From assembly GCA_963847625.1 (NCBI GenBank), contig CAWKAR010000033.1, positions 1 to 64,000 of the forward strand: DNA of 64,000 nucleotides, in the 5' to 3' direction. This DNA comes from a candidate division FCPU426 bacterium. Lineage in GTDB: Bacteria > Oederibacteriota > Muellerivitia > Muellerivitales > Muellerivitaceae. The notes under the pieces are model-generated. The model worked only from the letters and a program-made list of their open reading frames with translations, was not told the DNA's origin and searched no databases. Shown piece by piece: positions 20,602 to 31,278 of this stretch (positions within the stretch are counted from its first letter, which is position 1; each line of letters begins with the position of its first letter). The position numbers were made by a program, and so were the translations under genes.

Positions 20602-22821
20602 ATGAACCGAAGATTATCACGACTGGCTTCCGCCCTTTCCCCTGGACCTCCGGGGCCTTTCCTATATTTCGGTCTACTGGCCATCCTGGCTTTTCTTCCC
20701 TGCATTTTGACAAACCAGTTTTATTACAGCGACGATATCACCACCTACTCCATTCTGCGGCAGTTCTTAAAAGAACACCTTCTCAAGGGTGAATTCCCCC
20801 TGTGGAACCCTTATTTACTGGGCGGGTCCCCTTTCCTGGCCTATCCCAACACCATGGCGGCTTACCCTCTTTTGTATCCCTTCCTGCTTTTTTCCATTCC
20901 CTGGGGGATGTCGCTCTTTAACCTGGTCCATTTTTTCATCGCGGGAATGGGGGCTTTCTTCTGGCTTCGAAAGTTGGGCCTGAAGGATGGCGCTTCCCGG
21001 GTTGGCGCCATGACCTACGCCTTGTCCGGCATTTTTTGGTGGGAAATTCTCCATCCGCCCTTGCTGGCGGCTTTAGCCTGGTTCCCCTGGTTTCTCGCCG
21101 GCCTGGAGGGGCTCTGCCAGGAATGGATTCCCGGCCGGGCTTTTAAAGCCGGTCTTTCCTTCGCCATCCTTTTTTTATGTGGAAGTTACCAAATCACGCT
21201 GGGGGCGCTCCTGGCCGGCGGTCTATATGTCCTGGCTCGCCTGGGGAACCGGAACGACCTTCAAAACGCCTGGAAAAACCGGAACCCGGGGAAATGGACA
21301 AGGGTGTTCGGGGCCCTGGTTTGGGGAGGCCTGCCTCTTTTAATCCTGTTCATCCCCTCCTATGAGTACATTCGATTGAGCGACCGTTACCAAGGCGCCT
21401 TGAACTTTTCAACTTTCAACGCCAGTCATTCCCTCGACCCGGGAACCCTTTACCAAGTCCTCTACCCGGTCCATCCCTTCGGCCCCCCCCCGCGGGCTGA
21501 GGAAACCTTTGACGCGAACGCCGGTTTCGCGGGTCTCTGGACCCCCCTGCTTGTTTTCTGGGCCCTCCGACGGAAGAAACACCCCTTGAAGTGGCCCCTG
21601 GTTCTTATCGGCTCATTTTTTTTCCTGGTCAGTCTCGGGAAGTACTTCCCGCTTTTCCATTGGTTGTGCCTGGGATTTCCCGGCTTTCACTCGGTTCGCG
21701 CCAGTTTCCGGTTCATCTTCGTGGCTGTTGCCTGCTTTTCGGTGTTGGCCGCTTGGGGATATGAGCAACTTGAGAATTTCGGTGCTTCCCCCCTGGCGGC
21801 CCGAAATGCCCTTTTGATCTACGGCACCATCCTGTTGATTTTAACCCTCCTCTGGCCCCAACCGACCTGGGCCGAATGGATTCCCCTCCTCCTGGGTTTA
21901 TCGGGGGTGGTCCTCTGGCGGCTGAAGCTTCTTCCCCATCCATGGGGACTTCGGTGGTTTTTTGTTTCCATCCTGTTCTCCATGCTCCTGCCGGGCTGGT
22001 ACGCCTGTCCTTCCCGGATGGGCGCCGCGTCCAACTTCGACTTCACAGGCAAAATGCCTTTATTCAACCGCATAAAAGCCGAAGCGGGGGATTCCCGGAT
22101 TCTCCTGGAGGATGGATGCCTCCAATATCCGACCCTCTCCCTGGGACGAATCACTCTCAGCCCTTACCCGGTTGACGCCACATGCTTATTCGGCATTCGA
22201 AACGTCCTGGGATACAGCGCGATGGCCTATGGAAAAACAAACCTCCTGATGGCAAAAACGCCCGTAGAGACCTGGACGAGTTTATTTGCGGTGAAGGGCT
22301 ACCTGGTCAAGGACAAGGGAAATCCCGGATCTCTTTATCCTCTTATGGGATTCCTTCGGGGGACCTGCCCCATGGTTTACGCGCCAGCCAAGCTGCGAAT
22401 CGTGGAGGATGACTCCCAGGCCCTATCGGGAATGGCGTCGAAGGATTTCAATCCCATGTCGGAGGCTTTCCTGGCCGGACCCCTATCCGCTGGAAATTCC
22501 CTTCTCAAGCAGAAACCCGTCAGCCTGCGGTACAAATGTTTAGCGGAATGGCCCAACGGCGAGACCTACGACATCCAAATGTCCGGGGACCATTTAACGG
22601 TGTTTTCCCAGGTGAACTATCCTGGATGGAAAGCCTGGCTGGACGGAAAACCCGCGCCCAACCTGGAGGCGGACACCTTGTTCCGTGCCCTGGTGATTCC
22701 CGCTGGCCGGCACCGGGTGGAATTCCTTTACCGGCCCTGGTGGTATTACCCGCTTCCGGTGGGCCTGGCGGTCTGGCTTTTGGGGACTGGAGTTTTCCGG
22801 AAGAGGCTGTGGAAAAGCTGA
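20602..22821 (+). CDS. YfhO-family membrane protein (GT-C-like)
   Basis: GEFPLWNPY..GG.P, NYPGWKAWLDG and PAGRHRVEF.YRP motifs. Confidence 0.85.
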   Translation: MNRRLSRLASALSPGPPGPFLYFGLLAILAFLPCILTNQFYYSDDITTYSILRQFLKEHLLKGEFPLWNPYLLGGSPFLAYPNTMAAYPLLYPFLLFSIPWGMSLFNLVHFFIAGMGAFFWLRKLGLKDGASRVGAMTYALSGIFWWEILHPPLLAALAWFPWFLAGLEGLCQEWIPGRAFKAGLSFAILFLCGSYQITLGALLAGGLYVLARLGNRNDLQNAWKNRNPGKWTRVFGALVWGGLPLLILFIPSYEYIRLSDRYQGALNFSTFNASHSLDPGTLYQVLYPVHPFGPPPRAEETFDANAGFAGLWTPLLVFWALRRKKHPLKWPLVLIGSFFFLVSLGKYFPLFHWLCLGFPGFHSVRASFRFIFVAVACFSVLAAWGYEQLENFGASPLAARNALLIYGTILLILTLLWPQPTWAEWIPLLLGLSGVVLWRLKLLPHPWGLRWFFVSILFSMLLPGWYACPSRMGAASNFDFTGKMPLFNRIKAEAGDSRILLEDGCLQYPTLSLGRITLSPYPVDATCLFGIRNVLGYSAMAYGKTNLLMAKTPVETWTSLFAVKGYLVKDKGNPGSLYPLMGFLRGTCPMVYAPAKLRIVEDDSQALSGMASKDFNPMSEAFLAGPLSAGNSLLKQKPVSLRYKCLAEWPNGETYDIQMSGDHLTVFSQVNYPGWKAWLDGKPAPNLEADTLFRALVIPAGRHRVEFLYRPWWYYPLPVGLAVWLLGTGVFRKRLWKS

Positions 22822-22837
22822 AGGAAAAAGGAAGGTT

Positions 22838-23332
22838 ATGATTAGGCCCTGTAGGCCCGATGAATTTGAATCCTGCCTTGCAATCATCAATGACGGCGCC
22901 CAGGCCTACCGGGGCGTGATTCCGGGGGACTGTTGGCACGAGCCCTACATGTCACGGGATTATTTCCAAAACGAGATCGATAAAAAGGTCGTTTTTTGGG
23001 GTTATGAGGAAAAAGGCATTCTTTGCGGGGTCATGGGCATCCAGGATGTGCAGGATGTGACTTTAATTCGGCACGCCTATGTGAGGACGGCCCTTCGCAA
23101 CCAAGGCATCGGCGGGAAACTCTTAACCTTTCTTCTCCAGAAAGCCCAAAGGCCAACCTGGGTGGGGACCTGGGCCTCGGCCGTGTGGGCGGTCAGGTTC
23201 TATGAAAAGTACGGTTTTAAACTGGTCTCCACCGAGGAAAAAAACCGTTTGCTGAAGAAGTACTGGACCATCTCGGAGAGGCAGATCGAAACATCCGTGG
23301 TTTTGGCCGGTTCCAAAAAAGGGTTTATTTAG
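22838..23332 (+). CDS. GNAT acetyltransferase
   Basis: AYV...RNQGIGGKLL and AVRFYEKYGF. Confidence 0.9.
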   Translation: MIRPCRPDEFESCLAIINDGAQAYRGVIPGDCWHEPYMSRDYFQNEIDKKVVFWGYEEKGILCGVMGIQDVQDVTLIRHAYVRTALRNQGIGGKLLTFLLQKAQRPTWVGTWASAVWAVRFYEKYGFKLVSTEEKNRLLKKYWTISERQIETSVVLAGSKKGFI

Positions 23333-23386
23333 CAGATGGCTGGGTGCGGGGCCTATTCAAGCGGGCCATGACCTGTTTTTTGGTAT

Positions 23387-24859
23387 TTAAGGGTTCTTTT
23401 TTTTCTTTTTCCCGCCCCTGGCGAACTCCTTCAGGATCTCCTCGGCTCCTATACGCTCCCGCGGGGAAAGGTCCGGTTGTTTCAGGAATTCCTCCATGGC
23501 TTTCTTACCCTCGGTGATCCGCCCGTTCTGAGCCAAGGCCAAGGCCAGGTTGATGGTCAGGGCCAAAGAATAGGGTTTGGGCTCCCCCTGGATCAGGTGG
23601 ATCATGTCCTCCTGCCTTCCCTTTTTCCCCAGCTCGGAAGTGTAAAAAAGAAGGATTTCCTCGTTATGGGGGGACCGGATCATGGCCTCCTTCAAGGCCT
23701 CCTCGGCCCCGGCCCAATCCCCCATCTCGGCGAGGGCTTGGGCCCTCACCAGCGAGGGGCCGAAACTTGCGGATTTTTCCCGCGCGAGGGTTTTCAGGCA
23801 TTCCAACCCTTCCTCCACCCGGCCAGCCTTCATATAAAGGAAGTAAAGCTGCCGTATGACCTCCAGCCGGTCCGGGTCCAGCTTGGCCGCGGATTGTATC
23901 TCGTCCCAAGCCAAGTCGGTCTCCTCCAGGGCCAAATAGGCCTTGAAGAGGTTCAGGTGGGCGGTGGCCGACTCCGGTTCAATATCCAAGTATTCCAGCA
24001 GGCATTTCTCAGATTCCCTGTAACGGCCTTCCTCCAGCCGGGCGATGCCCAGGCCCAGGAGGGCCTCCGGCGGACCGGACTTTGCCTGGAGGGCCTTCTC
24101 GAAACTTTGCCCCGCCAGTTCGGGAAGCAGGTCCCTCAGCAGGTTCCACCCCAATTTCACCAGGGCACCCGGTTTCTTCTCATCCTCCAGGGCTTTCCGC
24201 TTCTCTTTCTCATATTCGCTTTTGCGCACGAAACGGGCATCCGGCCCTCCCGGGGTGAGCCCCGGCGGAAGGGGGTAGAGTTCCCCCAGGGATACGAGCT
24301 GCTCCAGGACAAACTGATCCCCGGGCAGGAGTTCCAGGGCCTTCCAGTAGGCTTCCACGGCCTTTTCCTTGGCGGCCATGGCCTGGTAGGTCCGGCCCAA
24401 GTTGCTGTAGATCCAGCCGGCGTCGGGGGCCATGCGAAGGGCCTGCTTGTAGAAGGACTCGGATTTTTCCAGCTCTCCCGTCGCGCGGAAGCAGTAACCC
24501 AGTTGGAAGCAGGTGATGGGGCACTCCGGATCGATATCCAGCGCCTCCACCAGGCCCGGGATGGCCTCCGCGATGCGGCCCGCCTCCAGCAGCGGATTGA
24601 CCGCCCGGAGCTTGGGCCAGCGCTTCACGAATAGACGGAAGAGAAAAGCCCCCGGCACGGTCGGCGCCGCTTTCAAGAGGGCATCCATCGCGCCCGCGCC
24701 GGAATCGAAATCGTAGCCTTGCTTCTTCGTTTCCTTCAACTTTTGGAGCCACACAGGCACGTGCTCCGGCAGGTGGTGGAATTGGGCCAGGGCCATGGGC
24801 AGGGAAACGAAGGTAATCTCCGGCGGCACGTCACCGGGTTGAAAGGAAGATGAATTCAA
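23387..24859 (-). CDS. TPR repeat protein
   Basis: Multiple TPR consensus repeats. Confidence 0.85.
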   Translation of the reverse strand: MNSSSFQPGDVPPEITFVSLPMALAQFHHLPEHVPVWLQKLKETKKQGYDFDSGAGAMDALLKAAPTVPGAFLFRLFVKRWPKLRAVNPLLEAGRIAEAIPGLVEALDIDPECPITCFQLGYCFRATGELEKSESFYKQALRMAPDAGWIYSNLGRTYQAMAAKEKAVEAYWKALELLPGDQFVLEQLVSLGELYPLPPGLTPGGPDARFVRKSEYEKEKRKALEDEKKPGALVKLGWNLLRDLLPELAGQSFEKALQAKSGPPEALLGLGIARLEEGRYRESEKCLLEYLDIEPESATAHLNLFKAYLALEETDLAWDEIQSAAKLDPDRLEVIRQLYFLYMKAGRVEEGLECLKTLAREKSASFGPSLVRAQALAEMGDWAGAEEALKEAMIRSPHNEEILLFYTSELGKKGRQEDMIHLIQGEPKPYSLALTINLALALAQNGRITEGKKAMEEFLKQPDLSPRERIGAEEILKEFARGGKKKKKNP

Positions 24860-25107
24860 GGGAGATCCTCTGGCTTATCAAGTTTTCGACCATCATTCCC
24901 GCCCCTTGGAAGGCAAAGGCGAATGAATGATAATAAATCTTCACTGAAATTTCAGGATTTTCTCAGGCATTCTAACATGGTTTTCAAAGATTTTTTTGAC
25001 CCAAGGAGGGTGACGTGGCGCCTTTATCAACAAAAATATTGCGCGGGTTTTTTATTTCGCAAACAATTAAATTTATTTTCATACCCCGAAACGGAAGTTC
25101 CGGGAAC

Positions 25108-27231
25108 CTATAAAACACCCGCCGGCGGTTTTCCCGTCTTCTCCATCTGCTCCAACACCTTGAGGCCTTGGGCGGCGGAGGTGTGGTTGGGTTGGCATCG
25201 AAGGGCCTTCTCTAAGAAATCCCGCGCTTCCTTCAGGTTTCCCCGCCTCATATAAAGGGACCCCAGGCTGTTGTAGAGGTGGGCCGCGGGTATGCCCCGT
25301 TCCAACGCCTGCCGGAGGGACTCCAGCTGGGGCCCATAGAGGCGGTCCTTATAGTCGTTCTCCGCGATTTTCTCGAAAAAGCAGGATTCCAGGAAGGGGT
25401 CCCCCTTGAAATATCCGAACCTTTGAAACAGGGCCTCAATGACCGGACCGCGGGGCTTCCAATCGTGGTTGTCGTAGACCGCGCCGGCCAAGTCATGGAC
25501 TTGCCGGTCCGCCGCGATCCAACGGTTCAGGATATCGGGACGGGAGGAAGGCAAGGGAATCAAGCCCAGCATGAATCCACCGTCGGGCCGTCCCACGTCC
25601 GGGGCCAGCCAGATCCATTTCGCTTCCGGGAATTCCCGCTGAAGGTAAGGTTGGTAGTGGATGTTGGCCAGCAGGGCGGCCCAACGGCAGGAGCCCGGCG
25701 GGATCTTGTCACTCTCGCAGGCATTGAAGGGATAGTCGATGACGGAAAGGGTCTGGTCGAAGGTATCCGGCACCAACTCGGACAGGACGAAACCGGGTCC
25801 CTGCTTTTCACTCAAATCCCGCAGGATCTCATAGGCGCGCCAACGTTCCACGGATTTGGAAGCGAACCATAAATCCCGGGGCTGGCTCCAATAATCCCGG
25901 ATCACGCCGAAAAGGTGGTGATAGTCCAGGCTGGCGGAGACCAAAAGCACGCCCGCGGCAACCCAAGCCCTGGAGGGGATGGGGAAGGCCCTCAATAGAG
26001 CGCAAAGCCCGTAGGCCGATGCCGCCAACAAGAAAGGAAGCACCTGGATGACCCGGTGTGAGTCCAGGCCGCCGGTGAGAAAGCCCGGCATCATCAACAC
26101 GAAGAAAACGGCTATCCACTTCAGCCGGTCCGGAGTTCCACGGGGTCTCAGGTAGGCCACGACCCCCCAGAAACAAAGCGCCCCCAAAACCGGGTTCAGG
26201 AATCCGCCCCAGAAGGGACGGTAGGCGAGGATATCCCAGGGCAGGGGACTCCCCCAAAAAAGGCTGAAAAAGTCGTTCAATCCCGGCAGACCAGGGCCCC
26301 AGGGATTTTGCAGGACATTTACGTAGTGCCCGCTTTTCTGGGGCCAGGTGACCAGGGTTAGGATAAGGAAGAGGACGGTTTGGGGGATGAAAAAATAAAA
26401 GAAGGATTTCCATTCCTTTCTGGGTGGGAAGGCCGTTCCCTTGAAAACCGCCAGGGTGAGCAGAAATGCCACGACTCCCCAGGAAGGGAAGGTGTAAAAA
26501 CCAAGCCCCGAACCGACGCCTAAAACGAAAGCCGCACGGACCCGGTTTTGAGCCGGGGCCTTCTCGAAAATCCCCCAAAGATAAAAGACCAGGCATTCCC
26601 AATCGAGAATCATTCCCCCCTCCAGGGAAAGCCTTCCGGCGTAAAGGGGCCAAAAGCTGAAGGCCATCAAGCAGGCGAAAAGAAGGGAGAAGGACCTGGA
26701 GAAAAACCGGCGGGCGCCGAGCCAGGCAAAAAGCACTCCTAGGCAGGACAACAGGGAAGGGAAAAACCAGAGGGCCGCCAGGGAGATCCCGAAGGTTCTG
26801 AAGAACAAGCCGAGGCCCCAAACGTAAAAGGGGGGCATGCCGGAAAAATCGTAGGTCATTTTCCAAACCCCGTGCTCGGCGAGTTCCAACGCGTAATGGC
26901 CGTTCAGGGCCTCGTCCTCCAGGGGCCAATAAGTCAGCGTCGTCAAATGGAGAAAGCGGGCCGTGACCGCGGCCAGGGCCAGCAGGGCCATAAGCCAGGC
27001 GGAAGGGGGAGAAAACCATTCCTCGCGGGAAAGGGGTGGACCGTTAGCGGCACTTATCGGGACTCGGAAGGCGATCAGCAGGGGAACGACGAGGCCCAAA
27101 AGGATCAGGAATCCCTTACCCCCGGCGCCCATCGGCGAAAAGGCCAAAAAGGAATTCACCAAAACCAGCCAGGCCGGAAGAAGAATCAGGGCGGGCCGGA
27201 AGGAAGATGGAGTTTTGGAAGAGGAAAACAA
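25108..27231 (-). CDS. GT-C fold glycosyltransferase with C-terminal TPR
   Basis: EDE motif, MPPFY, GLGFYTF, WGGFLNP shared with the 8215 and 10386 proteins; TPR tail. Confidence 0.8.
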   Translation of the reverse strand: MFSSSKTPSSFRPALILLPAWLVLVNSFLAFSPMGAGGKGFLILLGLVVPLLIAFRVPISAANGPPLSREEWFSPPSAWLMALLALAAVTARFLHLTTLTYWPLEDEALNGHYALELAEHGVWKMTYDFSGMPPFYVWGLGLFFRTFGISLAALWFFPSLLSCLGVLFAWLGARRFFSRSFSLLFACLMAFSFWPLYAGRLSLEGGMILDWECLVFYLWGIFEKAPAQNRVRAAFVLGVGSGLGFYTFPSWGVVAFLLTLAVFKGTAFPPRKEWKSFFYFFIPQTVLFLILTLVTWPQKSGHYVNVLQNPWGPGLPGLNDFFSLFWGSPLPWDILAYRPFWGGFLNPVLGALCFWGVVAYLRPRGTPDRLKWIAVFFVLMMPGFLTGGLDSHRVIQVLPFLLAASAYGLCALLRAFPIPSRAWVAAGVLLVSASLDYHHLFGVIRDYWSQPRDLWFASKSVERWRAYEILRDLSEKQGPGFVLSELVPDTFDQTLSVIDYPFNACESDKIPPGSCRWAALLANIHYQPYLQREFPEAKWIWLAPDVGRPDGGFMLGLIPLPSSRPDILNRWIAADRQVHDLAGAVYDNHDWKPRGPVIEALFQRFGYFKGDPFLESCFFEKIAENDYKDRLYGPQLESLRQALERGIPAAHLYNSLGSLYMRRGNLKEARDFLEKALRCQPNHTSAAQGLKVLEQMEKTGKPPAGVL

Positions 27232-27355
27232 GAAATTCGCCTTTGGGAAGTGACGTAATGATCAAAACTATTATATATAGCTTGTAAAAAAAGTCCCAAA
27301 AACAGATTTTTTTCCAACCATTCCGGCGGCTTAAACTCCAGGCCCCCGGCTAGGA

Positions 27356-29581
27356 TCAGCTTTTTTGGAGGGGGAGTTGGAGGATGCAGCGGGTGCCGCG
27401 GGGGGTTGCGCGCTGGAGCGCGATCAAACCGCCGTGGGCTTCCATGATTTTCTGGCTGATGGCCAGGCCCAAACCGGTTCCCTGCTTTTTAGTGGAGAAA
27501 AAAGGCTCGAACAGGTGGGGCAGGAGTGACTCATTGATCCCGGGCCCGGTGTCCCGCACCTCGAGGAACAGATAGTCGTTCTGGGAATAGGCGGAAAGAG
27601 TCAAGGTGCCTTCCTTCTCCATGGCCTGGAAGGCGTTCCAGAGGACGTTCACCAAAACCTGCTCAAGGCGCTCCCCGTCCGCCTGGAAGTTAGGAAGGCC
27701 TTTTTCGATTTCCCAGACGATCTTGATTCCCTCCGGGATTCCTCCCGGTTGGGCCTGGACCAGTTTCAGGGATTTTTCCAGGAGGCTCTTCGGATTCACC
27801 GTTCCCTTTTTAACCGACATTTCCCTGGAATAATCCAGGATGTCATCCATGAAGTTCTTCAACCGCGCGGTTTGTTCCAGGAGGGTGGCGACGTCCCGGG
27901 CCAGGTCGGGCTGGGCCTTCACCTTATCCCGCAAGATTTCACTGGTGCCGGCCACAGCCATCAGGGGGTTTCGGACTTCGTGGGCGATGGCGGCGATCGC
28001 CTTGCCCACCGCGGCCAAGCGTTCGTACCTTAAAAGCATGTTCTGGTTTTTCTTGCGCTCGGTGATATCCCGGATGATGGTCAGGACACTGGGACGCCCC
28101 TGGTAGGTAAAGGAGACGCCCTTGGTTTCCAAGTCCAGGATTTGGCCGTCCCGGCGGACCATTTTAAGCTCGACGAAATCCCGGGTGCTGCCCTTTTCCT
28201 GGATTTCCCGTATCCGGGCCAGGGCGGTTTCCCTGGAGTCGGGGTGAATGATCTCCAGGATCGATTTTCCTACTACTTCCTGGGGATGAACGGCTCCCAG
28301 GGCTTTGAGACCCGAGGAATTGACAAAGAGGACCTTGCCGTCGGAATGCACCACGACGGCCTCAGGCAGGACTTCCACGAGGAGGCGGTAGCGTTCCTCG
28401 CTTTCCCGAAGGGCCTGTTGAGCCCTTCGCCGATCATCAATCATTACAGCCGATAGGCAGATTCCCGTAATTTCCCCCGGCGCGCCTTGAATGGGTTGAA
28501 AGGTGAATTCAAACCATCTGAGGTTTCCTTCCCGGTCGGGAAGGCATCTTTCCACCGTGATGGATTCCCCACCCAGGACTTTATTAAAGTTCTCCTGGCA
28601 AGCGCCCCGAATGTCCGCTGGGACAAAATCAAGAAAAGGACGGTTTTTTTCGTATCCTTGGCCAGTCATGTAACGCATCGTTTCATCGGCGTTGCGGTTG
28701 AATTCGCGCAAAAATCCGTCCTTATCGATCAAGGCGATCATTTGGGACCCGCTGTTGAAGACCGCCCTCAGGTTGGATTCGGAGTTTTGGAGGGACTCCT
28801 GGAACTTTTTGCGCTCGGTGACATCCTCGATCATGGCCACAGCGAGTCCTCCGCCGTCTTGGGCATCGGGAAGGGAGGTGGCGGTGGCGTTTCCCCAAAT
28901 CACGTGCCCGTCCTTGTGAAGGTACCTCTTGAGCATCTGGAACCGGGAGATTTTCCTCTCCGCGAGCTGCTGGCCCATGTCGTCGCTTTGGGAATGGTCG
29001 TCCGGGTGGAGGAAGTCATGAAGCATTTTTCCCAGCATCTCCCCGGGTGAGTACCCCAGCAATTCGCACAGGGCCCGGTTGACCTCCACCAGCCTGCGGC
29101 GGTGCGTCAAGAGCATGGGGATGGGGGCTTCCTCGAAGACCTTCCTGAATTTATCCTCGCTTTGCCTCAGGGCCTCCTCGATTTTTTTACGCGCGGTGAC
29201 ATTGTGGATGATGGCAAACCCTCCAACCACTTCTCCGTCCTCGCTTCGGATGGGGAAATTCCTGGACTCGAGAAACACTTCCCTGCCCCGCTCGTTCTTG
29301 AAGTGGGTTTCCTTGAAGTCGACGGTTTTTCCCTTCAAGGTCTCATAAAAGGGATTATCCAGGCCCATGGTCTTCAGGTAGGGAAAGATTTCGAATGCGT
29401 TTTTTCCCAGGACCTCCTCGCGGGAATAGCCTGTGAAAGTTTCCATGACGGGATTCCAAAGGGTGTAGCGGCACTCGGTGTCATAGGCGATGACGCCGTC
29501 CTCGGAGTTATCAATCAATTCCTGGAATCGAAACATTAGGGAATTCGGGAATTCCTGTGTTTTGGGGGATGGGTTCGTCAT
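27356..29581 (-). CDS. Soluble four-PAS sensor histidine kinase
   Basis: Four PAS/PAC repeats; AHEVRNPL H-box; N, G1, F and G2 boxes. Confidence 0.95.
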   Translation of the reverse strand: MTNPSPKTQEFPNSLMFRFQELIDNSEDGVIAYDTECRYTLWNPVMETFTGYSREEVLGKNAFEIFPYLKTMGLDNPFYETLKGKTVDFKETHFKNERGREVFLESRNFPIRSEDGEVVGGFAIIHNVTARKKIEEALRQSEDKFRKVFEEAPIPMLLTHRRRLVEVNRALCELLGYSPGEMLGKMLHDFLHPDDHSQSDDMGQQLAERKISRFQMLKRYLHKDGHVIWGNATATSLPDAQDGGGLAVAMIEDVTERKKFQESLQNSESNLRAVFNSGSQMIALIDKDGFLREFNRNADETMRYMTGQGYEKNRPFLDFVPADIRGACQENFNKVLGGESITVERCLPDREGNLRWFEFTFQPIQGAPGEITGICLSAVMIDDRRRAQQALRESEERYRLLVEVLPEAVVVHSDGKVLFVNSSGLKALGAVHPQEVVGKSILEIIHPDSRETALARIREIQEKGSTRDFVELKMVRRDGQILDLETKGVSFTYQGRPSVLTIIRDITERKKNQNMLLRYERLAAVGKAIAAIAHEVRNPLMAVAGTSEILRDKVKAQPDLARDVATLLEQTARLKNFMDDILDYSREMSVKKGTVNPKSLLEKSLKLVQAQPGGIPEGIKIVWEIEKGLPNFQADGERLEQVLVNVLWNAFQAMEKEGTLTLSAYSQNDYLFLEVRDTGPGINESLLPHLFEPFFSTKKQGTGLGLAISQKIMEAHGGLIALQRATPRGTRCILQLPLQKS

Positions 29582-29685
29582 GGATTTATTCCTGTTTTGA
29601 AATGCAAGAGAAATATTTTATCAGAAGAAAGGGAAGGAACGTCAGGCTTGATGTCTTTACTTAAATAACGCTGAAAAATAGGGAT

Positions 29686-30222
29686 TTAAGGCTTCTTTTT
29701 CCAGCGGCGGATCTCCTCTTCGGTTAGATTTGCCCATAATCGCATCTCAAAGGGATGTCCTTTGACGAAGGCCATACAGGCCGATTGGGGTGGACGGTCC
29801 GGCCACTGGATGGGCAGGCTGGATTGGATGCTGCCGGGGGTGATTCTACGGCTGTCCAGCTTCCAGAACTTCTGGATGAAAAAATGCCAAATCAGGACCG
29901 TCATTTCCAGGAAGACGTCCCTCCGGACGGGGGGGATTTTGCCGGAATGGGCGCTTTCCTCCAGGAAGTTGTCGAATCTCCGGTCGGACCGGATCACGAG
30001 AAGCCCCTGGAACGGCTCGGAAAAAGAGATGCTCTTTTCCAGGGGAAGGTCGGCGAGCCCCTCCGGCTCCCAGTTCACCGGTTCCGCTGGGAGGTTACAG
30101 CGGCGGGTCAGGAAATCCTGGAGGAAATTGAAAAGTTCCTTCGAGGAGGGGATCTGCTGTTCCATATACGGGTTGTAAAGATTCTCGGCGGAAGGAGGGG
30201 ATGAAGGGGGTGTATCGCTCAT
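29686..30222 (-). CDS. Hypothetical protein, possibly divergent CheX-like
   Basis: Paralog of 19488-20024; directly upstream of the PAS kinase. Confidence 0.65.
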   Translation of the reverse strand: MSDTPPSSPPSAENLYNPYMEQQIPSSKELFNFLQDFLTRRCNLPAEPVNWEPEGLADLPLEKSISFSEPFQGLLVIRSDRRFDNFLEESAHSGKIPPVRRDVFLEMTVLIWHFFIQKFWKLDSRRITPGSIQSSLPIQWPDRPPQSACMAFVKGHPFEMRLWANLTEEEIRRWKKKP

Positions 30223-30404
30223 GGGAGCTTTTCGCTTCTGGAATAGTCATGGGTAAAGGTTTTCATATAACTAATTTATCCCGACTCCCCTGAAAAATCC
30301 AGAGGTCCCCTTCTTTGCCGGGAATAAAAAGCCAATTGCCAAAAAGGACGTAAACAAATAGAAACGAGACTCATACCAGACAAAATTTGCACAAAAAGTT
30401 ACCG

Positions 30405-31229
30405 TTAATTTGTCACGCGGCGGATTTGTCCGGATTTAACCAGGGGCCAACCCCAGTAGGTTTCCCCGATGATAGTTTGGATGATTTTCACGCCCTCGAT
30501 GAGACGGGGGCCTGGTTGGTTGAGGAGGGAGGAATCCACGCTGAAAACACAGCGTTTTTTGACAGCGGTGAGCCTTTCCCAGCCGATGCGCTTCAAGGCC
30601 TCCTCGGGGTCGAAATCCAATCCGGCCCCGTAGATGGTGAAGACGATGATCTCCGGGTCGAAATGCACCAGTTCCTCGATCTTGACCGGCCGGCTGATTT
30701 CGCGGGGCAGGATGGGAAAATAATGGGCCCCGGCCTCGGCCATGAGTTCGGGCCAATAGCCGCCGGCCACGGTGGGGGGCTTGTTCCATTCCTCGCAGTA
30801 GAGCTTGGGCCGGTAGCCGCCGTTTGGGACTTTTTCACGAAGGGCCGCCAGGCCGCCCGCGAAATCGCCCGCCAATTGCCGGGCCCGGTCCTGGGTTCCG
30901 GTGACCTTGCCGATCAGGAGGAAGGCTTCCTCGGCGTCCCGCAGGCATCGGATATCCAAGTGGTAGGCGTTCAAGCCGTTTTCCTTCAGGCGGTTGTGGA
31001 GGTCCTGCTGGGCGACGGAAAAGGTCAAGACCAGGTCGGCCCACAGGCTCTTGGCCCTCTTGACCCCCGTGGAAAACCAGTACTCGGGTTTTTGACGGTC
31101 GGTTACGGGCGGGAGGTTCTCAAAGAATTCCGGGACCGTGGTGACCTGGTCGCCCAGGCCCAAGAAAGAAAGGATCTCGGTCACGGGCGGGGCGAAGGAA
31201 ACGATGCGTTTGGGGGCGTTCGAACTCAT
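30405..31229 (-). CDS. BtuF/cobalamin-binding-like helical-backbone protein without a signal peptide
   Basis: PKRIVSFAP..TEIL..LGLG and QPGPRL. Confidence 0.85.
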   Translation of the reverse strand: MSSNAPKRIVSFAPPVTEILSFLGLGDQVTTVPEFFENLPPVTDRQKPEYWFSTGVKRAKSLWADLVLTFSVAQQDLHNRLKENGLNAYHLDIRCLRDAEEAFLLIGKVTGTQDRARQLAGDFAGGLAALREKVPNGGYRPKLYCEEWNKPPTVAGGYWPELMAEAGAHYFPILPREISRPVKIEELVHFDPEIIVFTIYGAGLDFDPEEALKRIGWERLTAVKKRCVFSVDSSLLNQPGPRLIEGVKIIQTIIGETYWGWPLVKSGQIRRVTN

Positions 31230-31278
31230 GTGCCGAGTGTAGAAAACCCCTTCGTTAAATTCCAGTTATTTCTTACGG

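Noticed and set aside
23477..27019. Long alternative-frame ORFs over the TPR and glycosyltransferase genes
   Set aside because: Typical high-GC shadow ORFs with no recognisable motifs.
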